A DNA stretch of 64,000 nt, from the NCBI GenBank assembly GCA_001800675.1, contig MGVW01000035.1, forward strand, positions 6,731 to 70,730, in the 5' to 3' direction. The DNA is from Euryarchaeota archaeon RBG_13_57_23. GTDB lineage: Archaea; Thermoplasmatota; Thermoplasmata; UBA10834. Numbering within the stretch: the stretch's first letter is position 1; each line of letters opens with the position of its first letter. Both the position numbers and the translations under genes were made by a program. Below are positions 27,297 to 37,285 of the stretch, in pieces. The notes below the pieces were generated by a model, which saw nothing but the letters and a program-made list of their open reading frames with translations, made no database searches and had not been told where the DNA came from.

Positions 27297-28123
27297 GCGA
27301 CGAGCACGGGCCCAGAGTGAGCACGGGCATCCCCGGATTGGACGAAATGCTTCAGGGAGGACTGATCCGGAGCAGGCCTTACGTGGTCTCGGGGACCACG
27401 GGCAGCGGCAAGACGACGCTTGCAATCCAGTATTTGCACAATGGCGTGAAGAACGGCGAACGGTCTCTTCTGGTGGCCATCGACGAACCTCCTGCGGAGA
27501 TCAGGGAGAACATGAGGGCGCTAGGGTGGGATATCGGGAAGATCAGGATCCTAGATGCGCATCCCGCGGCGAGACAGTACAGCAAACGAGTATCGCTTGT
27601 CGAAGTAGCGGCGCAACGGAGCGTGGCCACACTCAGAGAGGCGGGCCCGAGTGAGAAGACCGACCAGCTGAAGAAAGCTGCACCCGATATCTCAATCCAG
27701 TCTCTCCAGCTGATGCTTAAGCAAGAACTTCAGGAAACCAGGTACTCCCGAGTTGTGATTGATTCTCTCACATCCTTGAAGAAGCTGTCCGAGACAATGG
27801 AGGATACCAACTCGAGCGTCATGTCCCTCCTGAGGTTCCTTTCAGAATCGAATGTAACGACCTTGATAGTCACGGATCTGCCGGATCCGACAGTGCTGGA
27901 ACCCGAGATATTCATCTGTAGAGGCGAGATCAGGCTTCACAAGCGCATGGTCGGCAGTAGGCTCGACAGGTGGGTCACCGTTGAGAAGTTCAGGGGCTCA
28001 TCTCACGATATCATGCCAAGGAGCATGACCATAACGGAAAAGGGCATCACGGTCGATCACAAGAAGAAGATACCGAGAGCGTCCTTGAAGGTGCTCCAGG
28101 CCTTCACGCAGTTTGCCAGGTGA
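27293..28123 (+). CDS. KaiC/RAD55-like RecA-family ATPase
   Basis: TGIPGLDEML, GTTGSGKT, RVVIDS, EKFRGS; GTGA overlap with the upstream paralog. Confidence 0.9.
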   Translation: MSDEHGPRVSTGIPGLDEMLQGGLIRSRPYVVSGTTGSGKTTLAIQYLHNGVKNGERSLLVAIDEPPAEIRENMRALGWDIGKIRILDAHPAARQYSKRVSLVEVAAQRSVATLREAGPSEKTDQLKKAAPDISIQSLQLMLKQELQETRYSRVVIDSLTSLKKLSETMEDTNSSVMSLLRFLSESNVTTLIVTDLPDPTVLEPEIFICRGEIRLHKRMVGSRLDRWVTVEKFRGSSHDIMPRSMTITEKGITVDHKKKIPRASLKVLQAFTQFAR

Positions 28124-28180
28124 CCGCAGGTACTAGCATCAGCTTATTCTACCGAAAAGCCGTTCAGGACCAGAGTTACC

Positions 28181-29251
28181 ATGGTGAGGAAGGAAACGCT
28201 CCCGCTCATCGAAGCATCCGGGAAGCCATATGATTTCGGGAAGGGTGTTGGCAAGAAGTGCGCCTCGAGGGCGGTCACATATCGGAAAAGCATCTCAGAC
28301 TCAATCATGCACTCGACTGGAATGAACTGGAAGGCTGCAGTCGAACAGGCCAAGCTATTCCTGCCCTATGCGGAGGATTTCTATCCCGACTACGTTGAGG
28401 AGATCAGAGGATACGCAGATGGGGCGAGGATGCCATTTGAAGAGGCTTTCGCCCTGACATGCCACGAGCTGTTGTTTCCATCGGGCTTCAAGGGCTGCAC
28501 AGACATCGCGGTCAACATGGACGTGACTGCGGAGGGCAAAGTAATCGCAGCGCATAACGAGGACTGGTCGAGTGACGCGGTTGCGACCGTGGTACTTCTT
28601 CATGGCAAGCCATCGGGGAAGCCCGAGTTCTTCGTCACCTCGTACGCCGGTCTGGTGCCATCCTGCGGCATGAACAGCGCAGGCATAAGCCTCACGGGAA
28701 ACGCGTTGGAACCCAACGACTCAAGGCTGGGGATACCGAAGGTGTTCCCAGTCCGAAAGGTGATGGAGGCCAAACGAATAGGCCAGGCACTGGCCTCCGC
28801 GATGCCTGGAGAACGCGCATCCAGCTACAACAACATCCTCTCCGATAAGAGCGGGGAGATATACTCATTGGAGGGCTCCGCCACGGACTGCGCTTGGCTG
28901 TATGCCGCAGACGGCTATCTGGTGCACACGAACCACTACACCTCCCCGAGGATGCAGAAGTATGAATCGAGCCCAAACGAGATCGCCTGTTCAATCTTCA
29001 GATACAACAGGGCGACGCGACTTATCGAGGACCAACTCGGAAGCGTCACGGTCGAATCGCTGAAGGCTATTCTGAGGGACCACGTGAACAAGCCCTGTTC
29101 GGTCTGCAGGCACGCTGACCCCAACGTACACCCGCTAGATGTCTCTGAGACTATTTTCTCGGTAATCTACGACCTGACCAAGCTGGAGGCGCATGTGCTC
29201 AAGGGCAAGCCCTGCTCCGCGGAGTATGCCAGATTCTCGTTGCGCGGATGA
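28181..29251 (+). CDS. C45 family Ntn-hydrolase/acyltransferase
   Basis: G|CT autocleavage site, AHNEDW, GMNSAG, HTNHY. Confidence 0.88.
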   Translation: MVRKETLPLIEASGKPYDFGKGVGKKCASRAVTYRKSISDSIMHSTGMNWKAAVEQAKLFLPYAEDFYPDYVEEIRGYADGARMPFEEAFALTCHELLFPSGFKGCTDIAVNMDVTAEGKVIAAHNEDWSSDAVATVVLLHGKPSGKPEFFVTSYAGLVPSCGMNSAGISLTGNALEPNDSRLGIPKVFPVRKVMEAKRIGQALASAMPGERASSYNNILSDKSGEIYSLEGSATDCAWLYAADGYLVHTNHYTSPRMQKYESSPNEIACSIFRYNRATRLIEDQLGSVTVESLKAILRDHVNKPCSVCRHADPNVHPLDVSETIFSVIYDLTKLEAHVLKGKPCSAEYARFSLRG

Positions 29252-29312
29252 GCTCGAGAGCCATCAGGGAAAGTATTTAATCCACATCGCTGTATTGCGC
29301 AAGAGCCTCAAC

Positions 29313-29387
29313 GGGCCCATAGCTTAGCATGGTTGGAGCACCCGGCTGATAACCGGGAGGTCACCGGTCCGAATCCGGTTGGGCCCA
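29313..29387 (+). tRNA. tRNA-Ile(GAT)
   Basis: Acceptor GGGCCCA/TGGGCCC, anticodon arm CCCGG-CTGATAA-CCGGG, T arm ACCGG-TCCGAAT-CCGGT. Confidence 0.93.
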
Positions 29388-29472
29388 CTCCTTTTCCTCT
29401 CGGTTTCCCAGGGCTTCTTGCCACCTGAGCGCATCGAAAGGTACGATAACAGGAACGACATACACCCTATCC

Positions 29473-29871
29473 ATGGACGAGACTGATCTCAAGATCCTCA
29501 ACCTGCTTCGGCAGAATTCGAGGACGAAGAATACGGAGATAGCCAGACAGGTCAGTCTCACCGAGAGGGCGGTCAGGGCCAGGATTGAGAAGCTCGTTCG
29601 GGAAGGTATTATCAAGCGTTTCACTGTGGAAACCTCTCCAGTTGGTGTGGAAGGCCTCGTACTCATAGGAACGAACGTGGGCAGGACCACCTCCGTCAAG
29701 GAGAAGGCGCGGCAGATGTCGGACAGTGTTTTCGAGTGCACTGGTGAGTACGATGTGGCGGTCAGGCTGCGTGCGGACTCTCTCGACGAGCTGAACAAGA
29801 GGGTCGACGAACTCAGATCGTTCCCGGGCGTGGTTCGAACATCAACCCTCATCAAGCTCGTCGAGGGCTGA
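29473..29871 (+). CDS. Lrp/AsnC family regulator
   Basis: MDETDLKILNLLRQNSR HTH; TGEYD in the RAM domain. Confidence 0.92.
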   Translation: MDETDLKILNLLRQNSRTKNTEIARQVSLTERAVRARIEKLVREGIIKRFTVETSPVGVEGLVLIGTNVGRTTSVKEKARQMSDSVFECTGEYDVAVRLRADSLDELNKRVDELRSFPGVVRTSTLIKLVEG

Positions 29872-29980
29872 ACCGCTTTTCGCGGAGCCGGACAAGGCGA
29901 GTGCCAGGCGTTCTCAGCAATGAGAAATCATGAGGAAAGGTTAATACTCCCCAGTGGACATACTAATGGTAAGTGACTCC

Positions 29981-30499
29981 ATGGACTTGATGGAGGCCAT
30001 CAAGACTAGGCGGAGCATTCGAAGGTTCAAGGAGATACCTGTACCCGAATCGCTCCTGAAAGACGTACTGAACGCATCGAGGTCGGCCCCCTCGGCAGAC
30101 AACGCCCAACCTTGGAAGTTCGTCATAGTACGGGACGAGCAGACAAAGGTCAAACTAGCCGCCGCGTGCAACGGTCAGAAGTTCATCGCCCAGGCACCCA
30201 TAGTCGTGGTCGCGTGCGGTATACCCGACGAGGCTTTCCAGACCGTTGGCGGGTACATGAGCAGCCACGTGATCGATGTGTCCATAGCAATAGACCATTT
30301 GACCCTCGCGGCTCATGCGCTTGGCCTAGGGACCTGCTGGATAGCATGGTTCAAAGAAGACAAGGTCAGGGAGGTCGTGGGCATACCGGAAGACGTCAGG
30401 GTCGTCGCCCTGACCCCGCTAGGATACCCCGCGGAAACGCCAGAACGCACCCCGAGGAAGAGCCTCGAAGAGCTTGTGGTGTACGACAGATATCAATAA
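29981..30499 (+). CDS. Nitroreductase family protein
   Basis: RRSIRRF, APSADNAQPWKF, GLGTCWI, LGYP. Confidence 0.92.
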   Translation: MDLMEAIKTRRSIRRFKEIPVPESLLKDVLNASRSAPSADNAQPWKFVIVRDEQTKVKLAAACNGQKFIAQAPIVVVACGIPDEAFQTVGGYMSSHVIDVSIAIDHLTLAAHALGLGTCWIAWFKEDKVREVVGIPEDVRVVALTPLGYPAETPERTPRKSLEELVVYDRYQ

Positions 30500-30580
30500 G
30501 TCAACTCAGCTCGCTGACATTCACGGATCCAGCCAATCTCGGAGGCGCGTCCCCCGAGCCCCGGAAAAGGAGAGATGTGA

Positions 30581-31879
30581 TTGGCATCAAAGGGACTGAC
30601 ACGGACAGGAGAAGCGTACTGCCTCTCCTGCCACCAGATGGTCGACAGGGACGCCACCAAATGCCAGGGGTGCCTGTCAGAGCTCACATCGGAGGTAAAG
30701 GCCTTCCCTTGCCCGAAATGTAAAACCGTCATAGCCCTCGGTGTATCCGAGTGTCCGACTTGCGGTCTCCGGTTCAAGGTCAAGACTATCAGACCGCGAG
30801 AAACCGCAGAGGACGATCAGTTCCTGGTCAAATTGATCGAGTGGGGAAGAGACGGGGCTGACAAGGGCACGGAGGAGACGGTCAGCCCGGCAACACCATC
30901 CTCTACTGGGACATCGCAAGCTGAGGTGCCGGTGCAGACTCCGGCGCCCAAGGCGGAGCCATCCGATATCACAAGGCTCGCGCTGCTCAAGGACAGCATC
31001 AAGGACCTCATGGCCAACCGCTCCCAGATGCTGGAACGCATGGAGAGGCGCATCGAAGAAGAGAAAGCCAGGTTGGCCAAGATCGCCGTCATGGACGAGA
31101 GCACTACTGACGCTTCACATGTCGAGGCTGAGATAGTATCACTCGCCGACGAGATGGCCGACATAACGATGCTTCAGGCCCACATGGAGGCGCTCTCAGA
31201 TGAGGTCTCTTCGCTGTTAGATTCAGTGGACATAGGCGATGAGGCGAAGCAGCGGGGCCTCGCAGCGCGCGCCCTCAAGAAGAAGCTCGAGGCCAAGGAG
31301 AAAGAGGTCGAAGAGCTCAGGTCAAAGGAAGAGCAGCTGGTCAAGCGCGAGGAGATGGTTGACCGCAAGATCCACGCCTACGCTCAGAAGAAGAAGGAGC
31401 TGGACGATCGTGAGAGCGAGCTCCAGTCCAAGCTGTCCGAGCTCGAGAACGAGAGGGCCAGACTCCAAAACCTGCACTCGGAGGCGGTCGGCGCCAGCAC
31501 CGAGGTCGAACGGGAACGGGCCAATGAGGAGTGGAAGGAGGAACAGAAAGGATTGAACCAGCGCCTCCTTGGAATGAAGGTGTCAATCACCGCGCACAGG
31601 CTTGGAAAGGACGCGGCAGAGGCGGATATGAGGAGCTTGGAGACCGACCTGGACGCAACGATCGCCAAGCTGGAGGAACAGATCGGGGCTCTGATCAGCG
31701 AGAAGGTAGACCTTCAGGCAAAGATGCAGGAAGCCACGGTCGTCGATGAGGATCTCAAGAAGCTTCTCAAGGTCCTGGACCAGATGCTTGGCCAGTTGCC
31801 CGAGGAGGCCATCGAGAAGTTCTCGAAGTCTGACGATTTCACCGTCTACGAACGCATCCTTGACAAGTTCAAAATCTGA
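30581..31879 (+). CDS. Double Zn-ribbon plus coiled-coil protein
   Basis: Four CxxC pairs at the N-terminus, a coiled coil, and a compact C-terminal helical motif LDQMLGQLPEEAIEKF. Confidence 0.85.
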   Translation: MASKGLTRTGEAYCLSCHQMVDRDATKCQGCLSELTSEVKAFPCPKCKTVIALGVSECPTCGLRFKVKTIRPRETAEDDQFLVKLIEWGRDGADKGTEETVSPATPSSTGTSQAEVPVQTPAPKAEPSDITRLALLKDSIKDLMANRSQMLERMERRIEEEKARLAKIAVMDESTTDASHVEAEIVSLADEMADITMLQAHMEALSDEVSSLLDSVDIGDEAKQRGLAARALKKKLEAKEKEVEELRSKEEQLVKREEMVDRKIHAYAQKKKELDDRESELQSKLSELENERARLQNLHSEAVGASTEVERERANEEWKEEQKGLNQRLLGMKVSITAHRLGKDAAEADMRSLETDLDATIAKLEEQIGALISEKVDLQAKMQEATVVDEDLKKLLKVLDQMLGQLPEEAIEKFSKSDDFTVYERILDKFKI

Positions 31880-31972
31880 TGAGCCATTCGATTAAGACCA
31901 TATATTACCAGACTAATACAATACAGAAAACCCCCCCCAAACTTCACCCTTCAGACATGGAGCCCGGCTAGC

Positions 31973-34900
31973 ATGGGTCTCAGAGACAAAGCGAGAGAGA
32001 GCGTTTCCAAGCCAGTCAGCCCTGCTGCTGGCGAGACTGAGACAGATCCACCGACCAAGCCGCCATTGCAGGCGCCCCTCGACGCGGTGCCCGCCCCACA
32101 GCCGGGAGCCCTTGAGCCTTCGGTAACGTATCTGGTCGCGGGAGAGAAGCCGGATCTCGCCTATTCGCTCTTCATGACCGCCTCCGCGCAGGGCATGCGG
32201 GGCCTAGTCGTTTCTCGGACGTACCCGAAGAACCTGCGGAAGGCACTGGACCTGCGAGACGCCCCGGTCTACTGGCTCACCAATGCGGTGAGCGACGAGG
32301 CGATCGGCCCTAAGGACTTGGAGCGGCTGTCGCTGGTAATCAAGAGATTCCTCGATGAGGGCGGCGGCCAGCTGGTTCTGATCGACTCGCTCGAGTATGT
32401 CATCACGAACAACAAGTTCGTGAGCGTGCTGCGGCTCGTGGAGACGATCAGAGACCTGATCGCGATTCATAAGGCTGTTGGCATAATTGCTCTGAAGTCG
32501 TCGACGCTTGAGGCATCAAAGCTGGCATCCATCCAGAGAGAGCTCGAGGTGTACTCCGCTGACAAGAGTGTTTCAGCTCCGTCTGTTCCACGCCCTCCTG
32601 CGGAAAGCCCTGTCATTGCCGAGCTCAAGCAGGACGAGCTTATGCTTGAGGCCGAACGGCTGGAGCAGCAAAAGAAGACGGTTGCGGCCGCAGCCGACAA
32701 GGTTGCCAAGGACGCCCAGAGGCTCTCGCTCGAAAGACAGGAGCTTGAGAAGGAGCGCGCCGAGGTAAGGAACACCTTGGTCCGGGTTCGTCAGACAAGG
32801 AAGGAACTCGAAGATTTCCGCATAAAGCTCACGAAAGAGGAGGCCGAGTTGACCTCCAGGGTCAGGAGTAAGTTGACCAAGGAGATGCAGGGACTCGACT
32901 CGAAGAAGGCCACGCTCGAGATGATGGAGAAGGAGATCGAGTCGAGGTACCAACAGCTCGACAGGATCGTGAGCCTCAAGACAGAGCAAAGGCTCTACGA
33001 GGTTCAGGGGGAGAAGAAGCGGCTCGAGGCTGAGAGACAGAAGCTGTCCGAGATGATGTCTCAGCTAGAGGCGGACCATACGAATCTCGAAGAACGCATC
33101 AACGAGATTCAGCAGAAGGAAATCACGCTTCAGAAATCGTCCGAGGAGGCAAGGGAGCGCGAGAAAAGGCTCCAGGAGAGGGAGCACGCCATCGCCTTGG
33201 ACAAGGTGGAATTCGAGAAGCTAAGGGCCGCAGTGGACACTGAGAAGCAAGAACTGGAACAACGTCGAAAGGGTCTGGAGGACGAGTTCGCCCGGGCCCA
33301 GGCGGAAGCCGCGAGGCTCAATTCCGATGTGACGCAGAGGGAGGAAGCCGTCACCAAGATCACTCGGGAGCTGGACATGCTCAAGTCCAAGCTCGTCGCA
33401 CAGGAGCAGATGTTGAGCGACCGGGACAGGTCCGTAGGAACGCGCTTGCAGGACATCGAGAAGCGTGAGAAAGCCCTGGCGACGCTCGAGACGGAGGCGA
33501 AGCAGCTCTTCGAGAAAGCAACGATGCTCGACCAAGCCGCTAGAACGAAGGAAGAGCACCTGACGAAGGACCGGGAGAATCTTCAAACGGATATCGACAA
33601 CCTTCGGACGGAGCTCAGCAAGCGTTTGTCAGATGTGCAGAAGCGCGAGGAAAAGCTGCGCGCGGATGAGGACCGTCTCTCCAAGGAATCGGACTCAAGG
33701 AACAAGGCACTCAAGGACCTCGAAGACCAGATGAAGGAACAGAGCGCGAGCATGGCGAAGCTGAGGGAGGCGCTCGATCAACGTGAGGCCGCCATGAAGC
33801 AGGCCGAGAGCGACATCGCTGCGGTCCGGAAGGAGGCTGAGGAGTTCGCCGCATCCGTGAACGACGAGCGAACGGCACTCGACAAGGAGATCCAGGCAGC
33901 GAGGCAGAAGGTCATAGAGGAGAGGAATTCCTTCGAGCAGGACAAGCTCGCATTCGAGAACGAGCGCAACGATGCCGAGCGCCAAATCTCTGAGGCGCAG
34001 AAGGAGATAGATGACAAGCTAGGGAAGGTCGAGGAAGAGCGCAAGGAGATGGATGAGAAGGTGCTCGCCATCGAGGAGATGCGCACCATCCTCAACCAAC
34101 GCGCGAACGACGTCGCCTCGTCTGAGCTGAGGATGGCGGAGGAGCGGGTCACTATCGATTCCATGAGGCGCGAGATGACCCGAAAGGCCGAGGAGATAGA
34201 GTCTCTCGAGCGGGACTTCACTTTGAAGCAACAGAACCTGCAAGGGTCCGCAGAGCTTGTCCAGAAATCCAAGGCCCAGGTTGATGAGAAGGAGCGGGTG
34301 TTGAGGGAACAGCTCCTGGTGACCGAGAACGAGCGCACGGAGCTGGAGAGCAAGCGAGCATCATTGGACACCGAAGAGGCGGAGTTCCAGAAGTCGAAGG
34401 CAGAGGTAGAGGAACTCCAGGAGCAAATCACAACTCAAAGGATCGAGCTGGAAGAATGGAATAAACAGCTCGACGAGATATCCGATTCACTCGATTCAAG
34501 AAAGAATGAGATCGCGGCCAAAGAAGCGGCCGTAAGATCAGTCGTTGACGAGAACACAAGGGCTAGGGAACAGCTCGCTGCGGAGAAGCAGAGGTTGGAG
34601 GAGGATTTCAACTCCAAGTTCTCCGAGCTGGAGCAGAGGCGTAATGCGCTGGAGGCGGAGTCTGCGTCGCTCGCGACCGTCAGGAACAAGATGACGGTTA
34701 CCGAGCAGGAGGCCGGCAAGAGGGAAGAGAAACAGGTCGCGATGCAGAATGCGCTAGCGGAGCGCGAACAGAAGATTTCGGATACGGAGACGGCTGTCCA
34801 GACTGCGAAGAAGGCCATCGCGGAACAGGCTGAAATCATACGGGCGGACCGACAATCGGCGGAACAGCAGAAGGCCGAGATGGCCAAGGGCTGGGAAACG

Positions 34901-37261
34901 CTCCAGAAAGAGCGGGACACAGTCCAACAGGAGATCGACCGGAGCTGGGAAGACCTAGAGTCTGCGAAGAAGGCCCTGGAAGACAAGGCAAAGGACCTCG
35001 AGAAAACGGAAGAGGCTTTATCCGGGAGGAACAAGGAGCTCAATGCCGGACTCGCAGACATCTCCGAGAGGGAGAAGGACGTTGCGTCACAGAATCTGAA
35101 GTTTGAGGATGTCAAGCAGCAGCTTGCGTCTAGGGATTCAGACCTCCAGAGACGCGCGATCGAGCTGGAGGCGTTCAAGAACGACTTAACGCAGAGAGAA
35201 CAGCAGTCCCTGGCCAGCATAGAGGCCGCCCAGAAAGTCCTCGACAACGAGCGCATGACGATAGCTTCTGAGAGAACCGTTGTAGGAGACGAGAAGGCGC
35301 ACCTTGAAGCGCAGGCGGCCGGCTTCGTGACGCGCGAGAAGGAGCTGGAGCAGGCAATCACGATGCTCGAGCGGAAGACCCAGGAGATAGAGGAAGCTGA
35401 CCAGGACCTCAAACGGAAGGAATCGGAGATCCTGGGACAGGCAAAGCTCCTCGGTGAGAAGGACGCCTCCATCAAGCTTCTCGATCAGAAGAACCGCCAG
35501 GAGTTGGATGCTAGGAAGGCGGAGATTGACAGCAGAGCTGCCGAGACAGATAGGCTGCAGAATGATGTCAGGCAATCGGAGACCGCTCTGCGGCAGAAGG
35601 AGGCGTCTCTCGCAGCCAAGGAGAAGGCCTTTGCGGAAGTCGAAGAGAAAACTCGTTCGGAGTTGGAGGCGGCAATCACAGACGCCGACACGATGAAATC
35701 CCAGCTTGATGGAGTTGCGGAACACCTGAGGGGTCGGGAAGTGGAGATCGCGAATACGGAGAAGGTTCTCGTTGAGCGCGAGACCACTCTATCTGAGCTG
35801 GAGACTGAGACGAGAAAGCAGCTGGATTCGCGTCTTGCGGACATCGAGTCCCGAGAGAAGAATCTTCAGAGGGTCGCCAAGGAGCAGGCGGCCAAGGCAA
35901 CGCAGATCGCGGGCATTGAGAAGGCACTCGGGGAGAGAGAGTACGCGTTGTCGGAGGTGGAGAAGGGCTCCAAGCAGGAGATACAGGCACTAACGTTAAA
36001 GCTAGACGATGAGAGAACAAGGCTGGAAGCCGCTCTAGAGGACTTGAAGGGCCAGAAGGCCGAGGTCTTGCAGAAGGAGAAGGCGTTGGCTGCCCTGCAG
36101 ACTTCCCTCGAGACGGCAGAGGCGAAGTTCAATCAGGACAGAGATGCTCGGCTGGCTGAGCTTCAGGACGTCACCACAATGCTCGAGCAGGGTCAGGCGC
36201 AGCTCGAGCGCGACAAGGCTGCACTGGATGCCGCAACCGTTTCTTTTGAGAAGGAGAAGAGCGGCATTGCGCAACAGAAGGCGACCGTGGAGCACGAGCG
36301 CGCGAATTCAGAGGAGCTGCGAGCGTCGCTAGCGAACCTGCAGCGGGAACTGGGGGAAAGGGATTCGGCCATGAAGGAGAAGGAGGCAGATGTTCACTCC
36401 AGGCTTCAGGATGCAGATACCAGACTCGCTGGAATCGCCCGCCGGGAGTCAGAGATTGCTGAGGTCCAGAGCAGGTTCGAGAGCCAGGGCATGGCACTTG
36501 CCATGAGGGAGCAGGAAGCGAACAAGGCGCTCGACGAATACAAGGACATTCTTGACGAGATCGCTAAGCAGAAGGACGGGTTGGACGCGCGCGAAGTCGA
36601 GATCAAGACGAGGACCAACAAACTGGAGGAGAGCGCGATCGAGGTCGAGCTGCTTCACGAGGACATTGAGAAAGAGCGGCAATTGCTTGCGCAGAAAGAT
36701 GCTGGGCTGGAACAGCTTCGAGCGGAGCTTGAGAAGTGGCGTGTAGACCTGATGGAGAAGCGGGCTCAGCTGGAGGAAGACAGCAAGAAGCGGATATCTG
36801 AGATCGTCCGCGAGGCGGCCTCGAAGAAGGAGACGGCGACTTCTGCGACCCAAGAGCAGCTCTCGAGGAGAGAGATAGAGCTCAGATCGCGCGAGGAGAG
36901 GCTTCGGGCAAGGGAGATGGATCTGGAGACCAGTGAGCGGACCGTGGCAGTCGAATTCGAGAAGCTTGAGCGTGAGCGTGCCGAGGTCAAGGACCTCTGG
37001 GACAAAGTAGAGGCTTCTAAGAAGGGAATGACCATCGTGCTCGATGAGAGATCGATCAAGGTGCTCGAGGACAGGAAGACAGAGCTGGATAGCGCCTACC
37101 TGAAGCTCTCCGACAGGGAGGAAAACCTGCGCAAGGATGAGCAGCGGCTCGAAGACGAGCGCCTGAGATTGGATGCAATCAGAGAGGAGCTGGAAGACCT
37201 AGCTAGGGTCCTCAGGCCGAAGGAAGATGAAATCAAGAAGTCGGACGGCTCAGCTGCCTGA
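31973..37261 (+). CDS. Giant coiled-coil protein with N-terminal DUF835 domain (1762 aa)
   Basis: aa ~50-193 DUF835-like (SRTYP, WLTN, PKDLE, IDSLEYVITNNKF), then about 1550 aa of E/K/R/Q/A/L heptads; no Walker motifs. Confidence 0.88.
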   Translation: MGLRDKARESVSKPVSPAAGETETDPPTKPPLQAPLDAVPAPQPGALEPSVTYLVAGEKPDLAYSLFMTASAQGMRGLVVSRTYPKNLRKALDLRDAPVYWLTNAVSDEAIGPKDLERLSLVIKRFLDEGGGQLVLIDSLEYVITNNKFVSVLRLVETIRDLIAIHKAVGIIALKSSTLEASKLASIQRELEVYSADKSVSAPSVPRPPAESPVIAELKQDELMLEAERLEQQKKTVAAAADKVAKDAQRLSLERQELEKERAEVRNTLVRVRQTRKELEDFRIKLTKEEAELTSRVRSKLTKEMQGLDSKKATLEMMEKEIESRYQQLDRIVSLKTEQRLYEVQGEKKRLEAERQKLSEMMSQLEADHTNLEERINEIQQKEITLQKSSEEAREREKRLQEREHAIALDKVEFEKLRAAVDTEKQELEQRRKGLEDEFARAQAEAARLNSDVTQREEAVTKITRELDMLKSKLVAQEQMLSDRDRSVGTRLQDIEKREKALATLETEAKQLFEKATMLDQAARTKEEHLTKDRENLQTDIDNLRTELSKRLSDVQKREEKLRADEDRLSKESDSRNKALKDLEDQMKEQSASMAKLREALDQREAAMKQAESDIAAVRKEAEEFAASVNDERTALDKEIQAARQKVIEERNSFEQDKLAFENERNDAERQISEAQKEIDDKLGKVEEERKEMDEKVLAIEEMRTILNQRANDVASSELRMAEERVTIDSMRREMTRKAEEIESLERDFTLKQQNLQGSAELVQKSKAQVDEKERVLREQLLVTENERTELESKRASLDTEEAEFQKSKAEVEELQEQITTQRIELEEWNKQLDEISDSLDSRKNEIAAKEAAVRSVVDENTRAREQLAAEKQRLEEDFNSKFSELEQRRNALEAESASLATVRNKMTVTEQEAGKREEKQVAMQNALAEREQKISDTETAVQTAKKAIAEQAEIIRADRQSAEQQKAEMAKGWETLQKERDTVQQEIDRSWEDLESAKKALEDKAKDLEKTEEALSGRNKELNAGLADISEREKDVASQNLKFEDVKQQLASRDSDLQRRAIELEAFKNDLTQREQQSLASIEAAQKVLDNERMTIASERTVVGDEKAHLEAQAAGFVTREKELEQAITMLERKTQEIEEADQDLKRKESEILGQAKLLGEKDASIKLLDQKNRQELDARKAEIDSRAAETDRLQNDVRQSETALRQKEASLAAKEKAFAEVEEKTRSELEAAITDADTMKSQLDGVAEHLRGREVEIANTEKVLVERETTLSELETETRKQLDSRLADIESREKNLQRVAKEQAAKATQIAGIEKALGEREYALSEVEKGSKQEIQALTLKLDDERTRLEAALEDLKGQKAEVLQKEKALAALQTSLETAEAKFNQDRDARLAELQDVTTMLEQGQAQLERDKAALDAATVSFEKEKSGIAQQKATVEHERANSEELRASLANLQRELGERDSAMKEKEADVHSRLQDADTRLAGIARRESEIAEVQSRFESQGMALAMREQEANKALDEYKDILDEIAKQKDGLDAREVEIKTRTNKLEESAIEVELLHEDIEKERQLLAQKDAGLEQLRAELEKWRVDLMEKRAQLEEDSKKRISEIVREAASKKETATSATQEQLSRREIELRSREERLRAREMDLETSERTVAVEFEKLERERAEVKDLWDKVEASKKGMTIVLDERSIKVLEDRKTELDSAYLKLSDREENLRKDEQRLEDERLRLDAIREELEDLARVLRPKEDEIKKSDGSAA

Positions 37262-37285
37262 ATGGGCCAAGGCCGTCACCCGTTA

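Noticed and set aside
9457..29387. Integrated element at one of the tRNA genes
   Set aside because: No integrase, transposase or duplicated tRNA 3' end noticed; flanking genes are mostly housekeeping.
32467..37059. Long antisense and alternate-frame ORFs (e.g. 34435-35475, and similar ones across the window)
   Set aside because: Shadow ORFs of GC-rich coding strands; low-complexity Ser-rich translations without motifs.
31973..37261. SMC/Rad50 or phage tape-measure protein
   Set aside because: No Walker motifs or hinge, and no phage genes nearby.
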